From NCBI GenBank assembly GCA_950097015.1, contig CATNEN010000005.1:4712001-4776000 (forward strand): a DNA stretch of 64,000 nucleotides, given 5' to 3'. The notes under the pieces are model-generated. The model was not told where the DNA came from. It ran no database searches and saw nothing but the letters and a program-made list of their open reading frames with translations. The stretch is from Macrostomum hystrix (taxonomy: Eukaryota > Animalia > Platyhelminthes). Shown in pieces: positions 37,453-49,678 of the stretch. Every line of letters begins with the position of its first letter. The stretch's first letter is position 1. A program made the position numbers and the translations under genes.

Positions 37453-38470
37453 TCTAGCTGAACACTCAGTGTTTGATGTCAGGTCTAAGTTTTTTAATGC
37501 GGTAGTTAAAAAATATGTCAAGTCAATTACTTTTTTGACAAATTTTTAAGAATTTTTTAAATGGTCACTATTGTTAAACTTTAATGCAATAAAATACAAA
37601 TAGAAGTTGTGTTGTACATCCAGCCCTTTAAACTGATTTTGTAGTTAGCTAGTCAAACTTGCTTATTTCCAACCGTTGTTTTGCTTGGCTCAATGGATCT
37701 TATAAATATGTTCAAAGCAAATCCACAGATTACCTTTTGTAAGTTTAGGTGAGATTTAATTCTATTTTGAATGTTTTAAAGCAAATCTAGTAATTTTTAA
37801 ATAGTTTATAAAGTAAATAACTAGATCTTTTGATGACATAGCAAAGATTAAGGTATATTAGCAAAATTATAGCATAGAAGGAACCCAATCAATCAGATCA
37901 GAACCCAACCAAATCAAACTTGAGATTAAACTGCTTTTTAGTTTTTAAGGCTATCAAACAATAATTATACTTAAAAAAGTAACACAAAATATAACTTTGG
38001 TAAAGCTGATGTCACATATCACATAAATGTGTCTACTTTCTATATTTTCAAATTATTTTCAAAAGATTAAAAATGAATACTAAATAGACTACTCAAAAGT
38101 ATTATAATCTTTAATGATTACTTAGGCCTATATTTTTCTTATTTGCAACAAAGAAGTACTTCTGACAATAAATGTAAACAGCACATAATGTATATATAAT
38201 CACCTATGCACACTTATATTGGCTAATTTGTGATTAAAGACCAAAATTAATTTACAATTAAGATTTGTATTATTGCTCTATTAATGAGTATAAGTAATAA
38301 TAACAGTAAATATAGTATATATAATCTACTTTTATATAGTATATAATGGATATATTGTATTTTATTATAGTGATAGGCCTACCAAACCAATTTAGGTAGA
38401 TTTACAGAAAAATATGGAAAGTTATCATGTCAAAAAACCATATTAGGGGTTGGACAAGATCCCAATTTTG

Positions 38471-38921
38471 CAGTGGCACAACCAGGGGGGCGGGGTGGCA
38501 GCCCCCCCTTTGGCCCACGGGCAATGTACGCAAAGGGCAAGCCAAGATGCTTCTTAATTTATTACCTTATCTCATTCCGTTCCCCAAGTCCAACGTACAT
38601 AGACCAAAGACCAAGTCCAATACCATTAGTAGGGCCTAATATATTAATTTTCAAGCTTTCATTATAATCGTGCGTGCAATCGGATTTTTTCAACCTTTTA
38701 AATTGTCTGGGCCCTACCCTACCGGCCCTTGAAATTGGCCCAAGAATGGTAGGCAAAAACTGCGAAACCAGGTGGAGCGCGCTCCACCTGGTGCCCCCCC
38801 TTGACCCGCGGGACAATGTATGCAAAGGGCAATGTACGCAAAGGGCAATGTACGCAAAGGGCAATGTACACAAAGACTGCCCCCCCAGGCCCCCCTAAGG
38901 CAAAACCTGGTTGCGCCACTG
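38471..38921. mobile_element. Non-autonomous hAT-type MITE (451 bp)
   Basis: 16-bp TIRs CAGTGGCACAACCAGG / CCTGGTTGCGCCACTG (1 mismatch), flanked by 8-bp direct repeats CAATTTTG / CGATTTTG (7/8). Subterminal GGGCAATGTACGCAAA repeats at both ends. Confidence 0.8.
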
Positions 38922-41282
38922 CGATTTTGGAATCATAATCCCAGCTCTTACAAAGTCAGGAATTGGGATGGGCTCATCTCATGGCCTAATAAATAAATAG
39001 CTTGGCAAAAATCGAGAAACAGATTGAAAAACTTGATGCAGGCTGAACCAAGGAAGAACGAAGGTTTTAACTAATGTTAAAATTTAATAGTAATCCATCT
39101 GCTTTAATGTTTTTGTAAGATTAGGCCTACAAAAAGGAGTCTTGAATCCGACTCTCCACTTAGGTAAGGCATAGGCACCTCCTATCCCAAATCCTGCCTG
39201 ATCACGTGAAGAAATAAATGAAGATCCTGATCCTGCCAATCCTGAAAATCTTGTCCTGTCCAACCCCTAAACCATATGTATTGTTTTTATAAATTTTAAG
39301 ATTTAAGTACAAATGTTAGTTTTATAAAAAAAATGCATACACAAACTTACCAATGCCAAGTGACATTGCAAAAACTCCAGATCTTGAACTTTTGTAAATA
39401 GGCCTAGCTAATAATATGGTAAGCTAGTATTAGGGGCCTAGAGGCTAGAGCAAGCCAATTTGGGGGGGAGTGGATGTGATGACAGGCCTAATATGCCTAT
39501 CACCTAGCTATCAGAAATCAGTTTCAAGACATATAGACTGTAGGCCTAGCTGTGGGTGAATATGTATTATGTATAATAAGTGTAAACAGCTGGAAGAAAA
39601 GCAGAACGTAGGCCTAATCAAATAGTAATGCCCATTAGGGAGACAGAATATTCAAAAGTTGCTAAGAAATTTTCTTTTTGCTTCTTTTGTCAACTGACTT
39701 TAAAATGACAGACTTTAATGCCGCTACCAATATTAAGTTAGGGCCTAAGAAATTAATTATCTACATGAAAAATTAGTACCAGCACTAGAATTATAATTAA
39801 ACTGATTTGTGATACAATATTGCGTAGCCCTTTAGCTTTCCTAGACATATTCCAACTTTTTTTTGTACATTAGAAGAAAAATTAAAACAAAACGAACTAC
39901 TTCATTATGTAATAAAGGTAGTTCTTGTTTAGTATGTACTGAATAATCTGACTGGTGAGTTAACAGAAGTGAATGTCTGTGCTTAAATAAAATATATAAT
40001 AACTAATACAGTAAAGGATAAACAAAAGATAACGTACTCTTGTAATCCTTGAAATACGTTTTTTGCGTTGCTGATGGTACATTGCGTGATCGTCTTTGGA
40101 AATTATTGCTTCTATTATCGATTTTTAACTCGAAATAATTATAAATATCAACATTTTCAAGCGCGTTGCGAAAACAGGAATAGAAACAAGTAAAAGCAAT
40201 ATATCACTTTTGCAGATTCGATCTGAATTATTTAGCCATTTGCTTCTTAGTACCAATAAACCTTGTTTAGCCCTAATTCATTGCATTAGCTGCTGCTAAA
40301 TTAAAAGTGACATGGGTGAGAGATGACAACCATTACATTCTGCGCATTGTCTAACGTTAGAACACCATAGACACGAGACAAGTATAATGTAATAATTGTA
40401 TAACGATGTGTAGAAATCAAGCTGAACTTCATTACTACAAGAACGTAATGAGTTAAGCACTATAACACTTTTTAGGAGAGAAAATAACTATGAAGTCGAC
40501 ACTTGTATTAACTGTCATCGGAATGCTTTCGCAGCGGACCATACATAGCTCAGAAAAAAAGTTCTCTGCGTGCTATATAAATTTTATATAGAATAAAATA
40601 TGCTACCACAACTATACCTGCAGGGTGCAGAGTGATGAACATTTTGAGAAGCTATAATTGTTCATCTGCTGGTAGGCAATCTAAAAGCATTGTGCAAATC
40701 TTCAACTACGACTATATAGACATTACTAGATTTGGCAGAAAATAGAAAAATAAAATGAGTGCGGAAAAGTGCTAGACAAAGTTTTTATTGGTACTAAAGA
40801 AGCATGCAACTATCTACGAGTATATACTGCAATTGAAACTGCAAAAAGAATGTGCTGTTCGTGCTTCAGTTTCCAGTTGCGAGCTTCGAGTTTAATTTCT
40901 ACTTACAAGATCACCTTTCCTTATCAAACAACTGCATTGGATACAGATTTTTAACTTACAATAGGCAATTATAAGACAATGAGTTAGAGTTATGAGACAG
41001 AGAGTTGAGAGTTACATGCAGAAGTACGACAAAAGAAATAACACAGCAGAATGAGCTTTTAGCCGCTAATAAATGGGTGAACGAGTGTAAGTTTGCCTTT
41101 TATAAAGAAGCAAAACGCCAGGCACAAGTTATCTAATCCACACCGTTGTAGCTATAGCTACTATACTGTTTTGGTGACCAATATTGACAAACAGAAGATT
41201 AAATCGCATATGACGTGAGTTAACAGAAACTATGCAGTTATTAAGAAATTATCGAAATAAGCGACAAGCGAAACCCAACACA

Positions 41283-42672
41283 GTGCTACAGACTAACCAT
41301 ACAGATGAACCCTTCAGACTGCTACAGACTAACCCTGCAGAGTGCTACTACAGACTAACCCTACAGAGTGCTACAGACTAAACCTGCAGAGTGCTACAGA
41401 CTAAACCTGCAGAGTGCTACAGACTAACCCTACAGAGTGCTACAGAATAACCCTACAGTATGCTACAGACTAACCCTACAGAGTGCTACAGACTAACCCT
41501 ACAGTAGGCTACAGACTGACCCTAAAGAGTGCTACAGACTAACCCTACAGTATGCTATACAGACTAAACCTGCAGAGTGGTACAGACTAACCCTACAGAG
41601 TGCTACAGACTAACCCTACAGAGTGCTACAGACTAACCCTACAGTATAACAACAACAACAACAACAACAACAAAGTCTGCTAAACCTGCAGACTAACCAT
41701 ACAGATGAACCCTTCAGACTGCTACAGACTAACCCTGCAGAGTGCTACAGACAACCCTACAGTATAACAAAAACAACAACAACAACAACAAAGTCTGCTA
41801 AACCTGCAGACTAACCATACAGATGAACCCTTCAGACTGCTACAGACTAACCCTGCAGAGTGCTACAGACAACCCTACAGTATGCTACAGACTAAACCTG
41901 CAGACTAACCCTACAGAGTGCTACAGACTAAACCTGCAGAGTGCTACAGACTAAACCTGCAGAGTGCTACAGACTAACCCTACAGAGTGCTACAGAATAA
42001 CTCTACAGTATGCTACAGACTAACCCTACAGAGTGCTACAGACTAACCCTACAGTAGGCTACAGACTAATCCTACAGAGTGCTACAGACTAACCCTACAG
42101 TATGCTATACAGGCTAAACCTGCAGAGTGCTACAGACTAACCCTACAGTATGCTATACAGACTAACCCTACAGAGTGCTACAGACTAACCCTACAGTATG
42201 CTATACAGGCTAAACCTGCAGAGTGCTACAGACTAACCCTACAGTATGCTATACAGACTAACCCTACAGAGTGCTACAGACTAACCCTACAGTATGCTAC
42301 AGACTAACCCTACAGAGTGCTACAGACTAACCCTACAGTATGCTACAGACTAACCCTACAGTATGCTACAGACTAAACCTGCAGACTAACCCTACAGAGT
42401 GCTACAGACTAACCCTACAGAGTGCTACAGACTAACCCTACAGTATGCTATACAGACTAAACGTACAGAGTGCTACAGACTAACCCTACAGTATGCTACA
42501 GACTAAACCTGCAGACTAACCCTACAGAGTGCTACAGACTAACGCTACAGACTAACGCTACAGTATGCTACAGACTAAACCTGCAGAGTGCTACAGACTA
42601 ACCCTACAGTATGCTACAGACTAAACCTGCAGACTAAACCTACAGACTGCTACAGAAGAACCCTACAGAGTA
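41283..42672. repeat. Minisatellite, ~23-bp unit GACTAACCCTACAGAGTGCTACA with embedded (AAC)n blocks
   Basis: Variable tandem array ending ~150 bp upstream of the channel ATG. Confidence 0.93.
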
Positions 42673-42820
42673 CCCTACGAGCGGTACAGAGTTAGCTAAA
42701 TTTCCTGTTAAAAGCTTCTACATCAATTTCTTGATGTTAAAGCTTCTACGAAAATTTCTTCTGTCTAATGCAATATTTTAGAGATATCTAGGCTGTCAAA
42801 GGTTCGCCGTTGATCCAGAA

Positions 42821-45800
42821 ATGCTGCTGTATGAAAGGCTTCAACAGGCTATTCGAGCAGAAGACGAGACCAGCCAGGCGAGCCTGATCGACAAGATCAA
42901 ATCAGGCATTCGGTCAGCTGAGAATATATGCGACCCCGAGGTGGCCCACGCGGTGCTTACCTCGGCCACGGATGAAGATCTCACTGTGCTGCAACTCCTC
43001 CTGACACAGCTCGGCTCCGACTGCCTTCTAGTACAGAACGCCGATAATGACACCATCGTCCACATCGCTGCTCGATTGCAAGGCGTTCTCAACGGACCGG
43101 CCGCGCTAGAGATGATGACGGAACACCTGGGCTTCGACTGTCTGCGCTTGGAAGGCTTCAAGAGTCGCAAAGCGGTGCACTGCGCCGCGTGGAATCGGAA
43201 CAGCCCGGCGGCCCTCCTCTGGCTCCTCGACCGGCTGGAACCGCGCGAGTTTACTGATGAAGCGGACGACGAGAACTTCACCGCCTTGCAGTATGTGTTC
43301 GCTATTCAAGACACCAGAACACTGCAGGCTCTGGCTGAGAGGCACAACGGGCTCTACTTGCGAGTCAGAGGCGAAGCCAACAGGACCGCGTTTCACATGG
43401 CAGCGATGAACGAGGAGAGCTCGACAGAGGCAATCATGTGGCTCATCTGCACGCAACAAGAGGCTGAGAACTTTTTGCGGCCGGATGCCAAAGGAGACAC
43501 TCCGGTACACCTGGCTTTCTGGAAGCAAGACGCGTCGGTTGTGAAGACGTTGATTGACAAGCTCGGGGCTGACTGCCTCAATCTACAAGGCGAGCACGGG
43601 CGTACAGCTGCACACTATGCGACACTAAACGACATCAACCACGGCCCGATGCTCTGGCTGCTGGAGACGCAAGATCCGCAAATATTCAGTCAAGCCGACG
43701 CTAATGGCGACACTGCGGTGCATCTGGCCTTCTGGAAGCAATGCGGAACCACAATTAATGCACTTGTAGATAAACTGGGCGTTGATTGTCTACAATTAAG
43801 AGGCGAGAGGGGGCGCACAGCTGCTCATTACGCAGCTCTTAACGATAGAAGCTCAAGCGCGTTGCTCTGGATCATCGCGACGCAGGACAGAGCGATTCTG
43901 CGAACGCCAGATTACAATGGTGACTGCGCCTATCACCTGGCGTTCTGGAAACAAGACGCTCACGTGGCGATGGCGCTTGTTAGCAGACTGGGCAAAGAGT
44001 GCCTGAGATTGCCAGGAGGAAAGTACAAGCGCATTGCGGCGCACTACGCGGCGCTCAATGAACGCAGCGCTAGTACGCTATTGTGGCTGATCGACAACCA
44101 CGATTCGCGCATGTTTCACACGGCAGACGCTGAAGATACAACTGCACTTCACTGGGCCTTTAGAAACCAGACGGCCGATGTTGTAGCTAGACTGGTCGCC
44201 AAGGCTGGCTGGGGACGTCTAAGAGTACAGTTGGAGAACAAGCAGACGGCGGCTCACTTTGCAGCGCTTAATGAGCGCAGCCCTAGCGCGCTGTACTGGC
44301 TTATGGACACCCTGGAGCCCGAGATCTTTCTGACTGGAGTCGAGAAGACAAGCACAGCGATGCACCTGGCTTTTAAGGCGCAAACAGTGGAAACTTTGCA
44401 ACGCTTGGTTGCGAAACTCGGCGTGGACTGTTTGAACCTACCTGGCTTCAAAGGACGCACAGCATTGCACTACGCTGCACTCAACGAGAGAAGCCCGAGC
44501 GCACTGTTGTGGCTGATTGAGAATCTTGAACCGAAGGTGCTGGTAACCCCAGACGCTAATGGAGATACCGCCGTCCACTTGGCATTTCTGAAGCAGGGCG
44601 TCCAGGTGGCAGAATTGCTAGTTAATAGGCTCGGTATCGACTGCTTCAGTATTCGAGGAGGAAAGTATCAGCGCACCTTGGCACACTATGCCGCCAACAA
44701 TGAAAAATCACCTGAGGCGCTGTTGTGGCTCATCGCTAATCACAGCCCGCAGTTGTTCTTCAGCCGTGACACTGACGGCGCAACAGCGTTGCATATCGCA
44801 TTGTTAAAGCAAGACGTTAGCACTGTGGCAAAGCTAGTGCACAAGGTTGGCATCGACGCTCTCGGACTTAAAGGCTACCGAGCTCGCACAGCAGCGCACT
44901 ACGCTGCTCGCAACGAGAGATCAGAGGGCATGCTAGCTTTTGTCTTTGAGTGCGCTCGAGAGTCGGGATCGCTACTGGAAGTTCTCAGATCGCCTGACGA
45001 TGATGGCAGGACTTGCCTGCACGTTTGCACATTGAATCGAGCGCACGGAGTGCCAATGTTCGAGCGGACCTATCCAATGTTTGGACTCTCCGATAAGTCT
45101 GATCCACTAAAGTTGACGGACAAGGATGGCAGGAATCCACTCTTCATAGCCTGTCTGGCTAAGAATTTCAACTTCTTTCATGCGCGCTACATCGACTTGC
45201 GCAAGCACCAGTGCATAGATAAGGACGGCAATACCCTGCTGCACGCCCTGTTTCTCACGCTTGATCCAAGAGTGCGCTTCAGATTTTCAATTGGACAGCT
45301 GGTCATTGTTGCCAAGCAGCTCATCGAAGCAGGCGTTGATTATACCGCCGAGAACAAAGCAATGCGAAACTGCCTGCTAGCCTCAGAGCTTGATGAGGAC
45401 AATCTCAGGTCCATTCTAAAGCGCATCTCGCAGCCCGAACTGAAGAAAGCATTCAGCAAGTTGCAGAGAAACTCGGAAGGAATCCACGCTGTCCACGTGT
45501 TCAGCAGTCGATACAGCATCCCAAATCTTGAGAAGTTGCTCAGTAGATTGTGCGATCTAAGCTCCAGTCAGCTACTGACAATTGGTGTCTCTGATGGACC
45601 GATGAAGGATGCCACTTGTCTACACTTTGCAAGCGAAGCCGGTCACAGAGAGAACATCAGCTATATTCTAAGCCGAGGCCTCAAGCTGTCGGACCAAACT
45701 GTCTCTGGTCAGACTAGCATGGACTTCGCGTGTCAGAGCGGCAAGCTGCACACGCTGTGTGAAGTGGCGGTTTCATGCGGAGTAGACCTGAGCGATGTGC

Positions 45801-48800
45801 TCCGATTGGTAGATCCGACACGGCGTGCCCTGCCTCTGCCGGACAAACAGAGCGCTCGGAATCTGCTCACCCTGTTCTCAGACTTGACTCTGCGCTCCAA
45901 TATCGAGAGAAATCGCAGCTCGCAGCGGATGGTGGACACGGCCGGGAAGCAGACTTCGCCAGGCGAATCACCGGAGGTCCAGATTCTCTACCGAGCTCTG
46001 GAGCTCGATTCGAGTCAAATGCTTCGCAGCTTAATAGTCGCCGGCTTCGCTACTGAAGACATGCGCGACCAGGTAATCAAGTACATTCTAAGACGACAAG
46101 AGGACGTTTCAGAGGCTCAGCTGCGAAGAAACTTTAAGGATTTAGATAAGTTTAGGATGCTGTCGATCGACTTTATAAGTCACTTGTCGCTTATTGAATG
46201 CGCTATTTTCTTTGAGAAGCCAAAGCTTCTAAATGACCTGATGCTTCTGCCACAGTTTGACATCATACCAGAGACACTGCGCTTATTGATCCATCTGAGG
46301 CCGAAGGTTGAGCTGATGAGAAATGAGCAGCTGAGGCGAGTTAGAGACAAGGCACTGAATGTTTTGATCAACGTGCTGGAGCACTTATGTGTTAATGCTC
46401 ACGCCACAGAGCGAAGACTCTTATTCAAATACTTGACGGCCAACTTTACGGACGCTGAAAATGTAGCTGGACCGAAGTTCGCCCGGCCAGTGCCTGTGAT
46501 AGCGGATGACGATGCCGAGGAGACGGACAGCGACGATGACGAGCTCGGCCAGGAAGGCAAAGTGCTCAAGCAGCTCAAGCGACACTCCAAACAGGCTAAA
46601 CGTCTTGAGCAGAAAAGCAAAGCTGAAAAGCTTAAGTTCATGTCGATTATGGACATGGTGGAGACTTTAGACTGCGACGACCTATACGGCACGGAATGTA
46701 TCAGCCAGCTCGTGGAAAGGCAGTGGCGAAAGCCACCGCCGCTGCCATGGGACCAAGGCGTCCAGGTGCAATGCAGCGCTTTCAACAAGCGATCCCAAGT
46801 GTCAGTTGAGCAGAGGTTCATCATTTACTTTATCTTCTACATCGTCTATTTAGTATTCTTCGCTTGGTACGTGACCGACTTTAAAAGAAATACAGAAAAT
46901 TCTGCCGCGGATGTAGTTCTGCTGATGTACACGCTGTCACTTTCGCTTCAAGAGTGGGAAAATGTGTTGAACAAAAGTAATATTAAGGATGTCTACATCA
47001 GACAAAGAAGATTTCATGTGCCCAGATATTTTACGGATCTGTTTAATTACTTTGACATCAGCGGTCTAACGCTAATGTGGGTAGGACTAGTTCTCAAACT
47101 GCTCGGCCGTTTGATAGACCTAACCCTACTTCGAACTTGTCACGTAGTCCTGAGCACCTCATTCTTGCTAATGGCATTCCGCTCTGTCGCTCTGCTCAGC
47201 TACTTCCGTGTGACCGGACCAAAGATCTGCATCCTCAAGTGTCTGATATTCAAGGACCTATTGCCGTTTCTGCTGATCATGCTAGTTCTAGTCTACTCAT
47301 TCGGTGTGTTCTTCTTTAATCTGCTGTTCCCAGCCATCTCCAATGGGACGGATGCACAACCGCTGACAATGATCTTCACGCTTCCTGTGTGGCTGCTGTT
47401 TGGCATGTTCGACAATGCCCAATTTGTGTCGTGTAACTCTAGCGGCCTGGCCAGCGGCTCGGATTGCGCAGATTCCGCCGGCAACAGAGTCTACAACGGC
47501 ATCCTATTGTTCTTCTATCTGATGATTGTCAATCTGGTCATGTGGAATCTGTTGATTGCTCTGTTTAACTACACTGTTAGCCAGATGGCCAGCAAGGCGG
47601 AGGGTCTGTGGCGCAAGAACCTATTCGAGCTGCTGCAGGAGTTCTCGGAGATTAGCGCCATACCGCCGCCGTTCTCGTTCCCCTACTACGCGTGGAAGCT
47701 GCTGAGAAGATTTCCGTGCTTTCTGGCTGTGCCACCATTGCCAGAAGAGGAAGAGGCCGAGGTAAGTGTATCAAATGATGATATTGACTGCAGATGGGCT
47801 GAGGACACTGGCAGAACCACCACTTAATGACATTATACCCGAAGCCAGTGGGAGGCAATTTAGCCCATTCTGCTTAACCTAAGCGCACATTCACTCTGAC
47901 AGGTGTCACATCTGCCCAGACTTTCTCATCATCAGGCAAGAGTGGAGGTTAGCTTCTAAGGGTTAAATTGGGTGAATAGCCCCCAAGCCTTCTCTATACT
48001 CGTAAATGTTATTACGCTCGTATTTGCAGAAATCGAACAGCACTGCCAAGTATTGGTGGCAAAACCGGTCGACGTTTGCGAACTATCCGGATGGCTATAG
48101 GAAATTCCTCATCTACCAGGCGGAGCAGCTGCGGCGATACCGAGCTCAGCTTCGTCGCTCGGTCGAACGGCATCGCGATGACGCCGACACTCTGAAAGCG
48201 CACATGGAGAACCAACTGGCCGAGACTAGCGAGGATGTGCGCCGAGAGCTGCGTGAACAACTCGGCAACCTGGAGGCGGACGTCAAGGCTCAGATCAGCA
48301 GACTGGAGCTAGACGTTGCGAATAGCATCGGCAGGTTAGATGCGGGATTGTCGGAGCAAATGATCAGAGTAGAGAGTATTAAACGAAATGTTTGTCGTCT
48401 AGTCGAAATGCTTGGAGTAAAACTGGACGAAACACATCGACAAAGGAAAGCATCGTCCGATGAACTGGGCGTACCAGTCTTTCAAATGAAAGCATCGAAT
48501 GCTCGACTAGATGCACCCGGGGCCGTTGATCAATCAGCAGGATCAAATGATCGATCGGAAGTATCGATTGATCAAACGGAAAAATCAACCCTACCGTTTG
48601 AAGTGACTATCGATCAAACAGATGGATCTAATTATCGAGCGAAAGTACAAGCACTAGAGCAGGACGCATCGAATGTGCAGTCCGAAATACTAATCGAAAA
48701 ACATCGCGCACTGCAAGTACAATCAGCAGGCAGTTCTCTTACAGAACCGGAAGTTGCCCCTGTGCAGCCCCAAGCGCGGCGGGTTAAACCGGAAGCGCTT

Positions 48801-48935
48801 CTACCACAAAGTCAGACCGAAGTATTGCACGTAGAGCATATTTCATTGTTAAAGAAGGAGAGAATGCAACTGCAGGTAACAGATCGTTCGCCTTCCTCTG
48901 CCTCGTTTGCGTCCAGTCATCGAGCAGGCCAGTGA
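42821..48935 (+). CDS. Ankyrin-repeat TRP cation channel with a TRPM-type 6TM/pore/TRP-helix module and C-terminal coiled coil, 2 exons, ~1948 aa
   Basis: Exon 1 42821-47761 (GAG|GTAAGT) joins in phase 0 to exon 2 48030-48935 (TTGCAG|AAA). About 25 ankyrin-like repeats (e.g. GDTAVHLAF, GRTAAHYAA). S1-S6 region includes YFTDLFNYFD, GPKI...KDLLPF, PVWLLFG, a pore-loop Cys pair, NLLIALFNYT, LW...ELLQEF...IPPPFS, followed by heptad-rich helix. An additional upstream exon cannot be excluded (TCCAG|AAATG). Confidence 0.88.
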
Positions 48936-49271
48936 GTCAACACTTTCTAAACTATAAAATTTCAATGCACATACAGTGTCAAAACTACAAGTATAAGCTA
49001 GCTCAACAACATTATAATTGCAGACAAAGCAAGTTAGGAAAATTGGCAACTCAAGAAATCGGTTCCAGGCGACAGAACTCGGAGTCTAATAAAGAATCTA
49101 GTTGCTCATTCTTGTGAAACTTTAAATGTGGACGTACCGATTTATTGCTTATGCACCTCGGTAATTTTCTGGGTGTTATCTTGTAATGTAGTATGTTGTA
49201 ATTTAAGGCTTGTAATGTAATCTGAGTATCTAGATTCTAGAACGATTCTCGCATCCTTAACAGTAGAACTG

Positions 49272-49678
49272 TACCAAGGCAGGGGAGATTTAACAATTAT
49301 TTCTGCTGCACCCGAACGGAGCAAAGCAAGCACACGAAACTCAGGAACTTTTTGTTGCGCATCTTCTGAAAAAAGCTCAAGTCGCCAGCACTTCGGACCG
49401 TCGAGATATTCATCGGCTCTGGCCGAAGGTAAGATTTTTCAGATTTTTAAGATACACGAATTTGCACTGCGCCTCAATGCAGCCTTGCCAGGCCTTCAAA
49501 CTTTATCTCTGACTCCGACATCTCCGATAGAGGTCATGCACCCTATCTAGACGGAGCTGCAGGACTCTTGACTCTTGTTTCAGAAGATGGGCAACAAAAA
49601 GTTGGTCTGTGTTCATGTGTGCTTTCGTGTGTCGTGTGCTCCGTTCCTGACAAATAATTGCCAGGTGGTAATTTGGTA
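49272..49678. repeat. Diverged long inverted repeat (foldback / MITE-like), ~400 bp
   Basis: 49346-49371 matches the reverse complement of 49578-49603 at 25/26 nt. Similarity extends outward through GAACGGAGCA and CAATTATTT to TACCAA...TTGGTA. Confidence 0.6.

Noticed and set aside
47762-47827. Stop at 47827 as the true end of the channel protein
   Set aside because: A consensus donor (GAG|GTAAGT at 47761) and an in-phase acceptor at 48029 join it to the coiled-coil ORF, which completes the TRPM-type layout.
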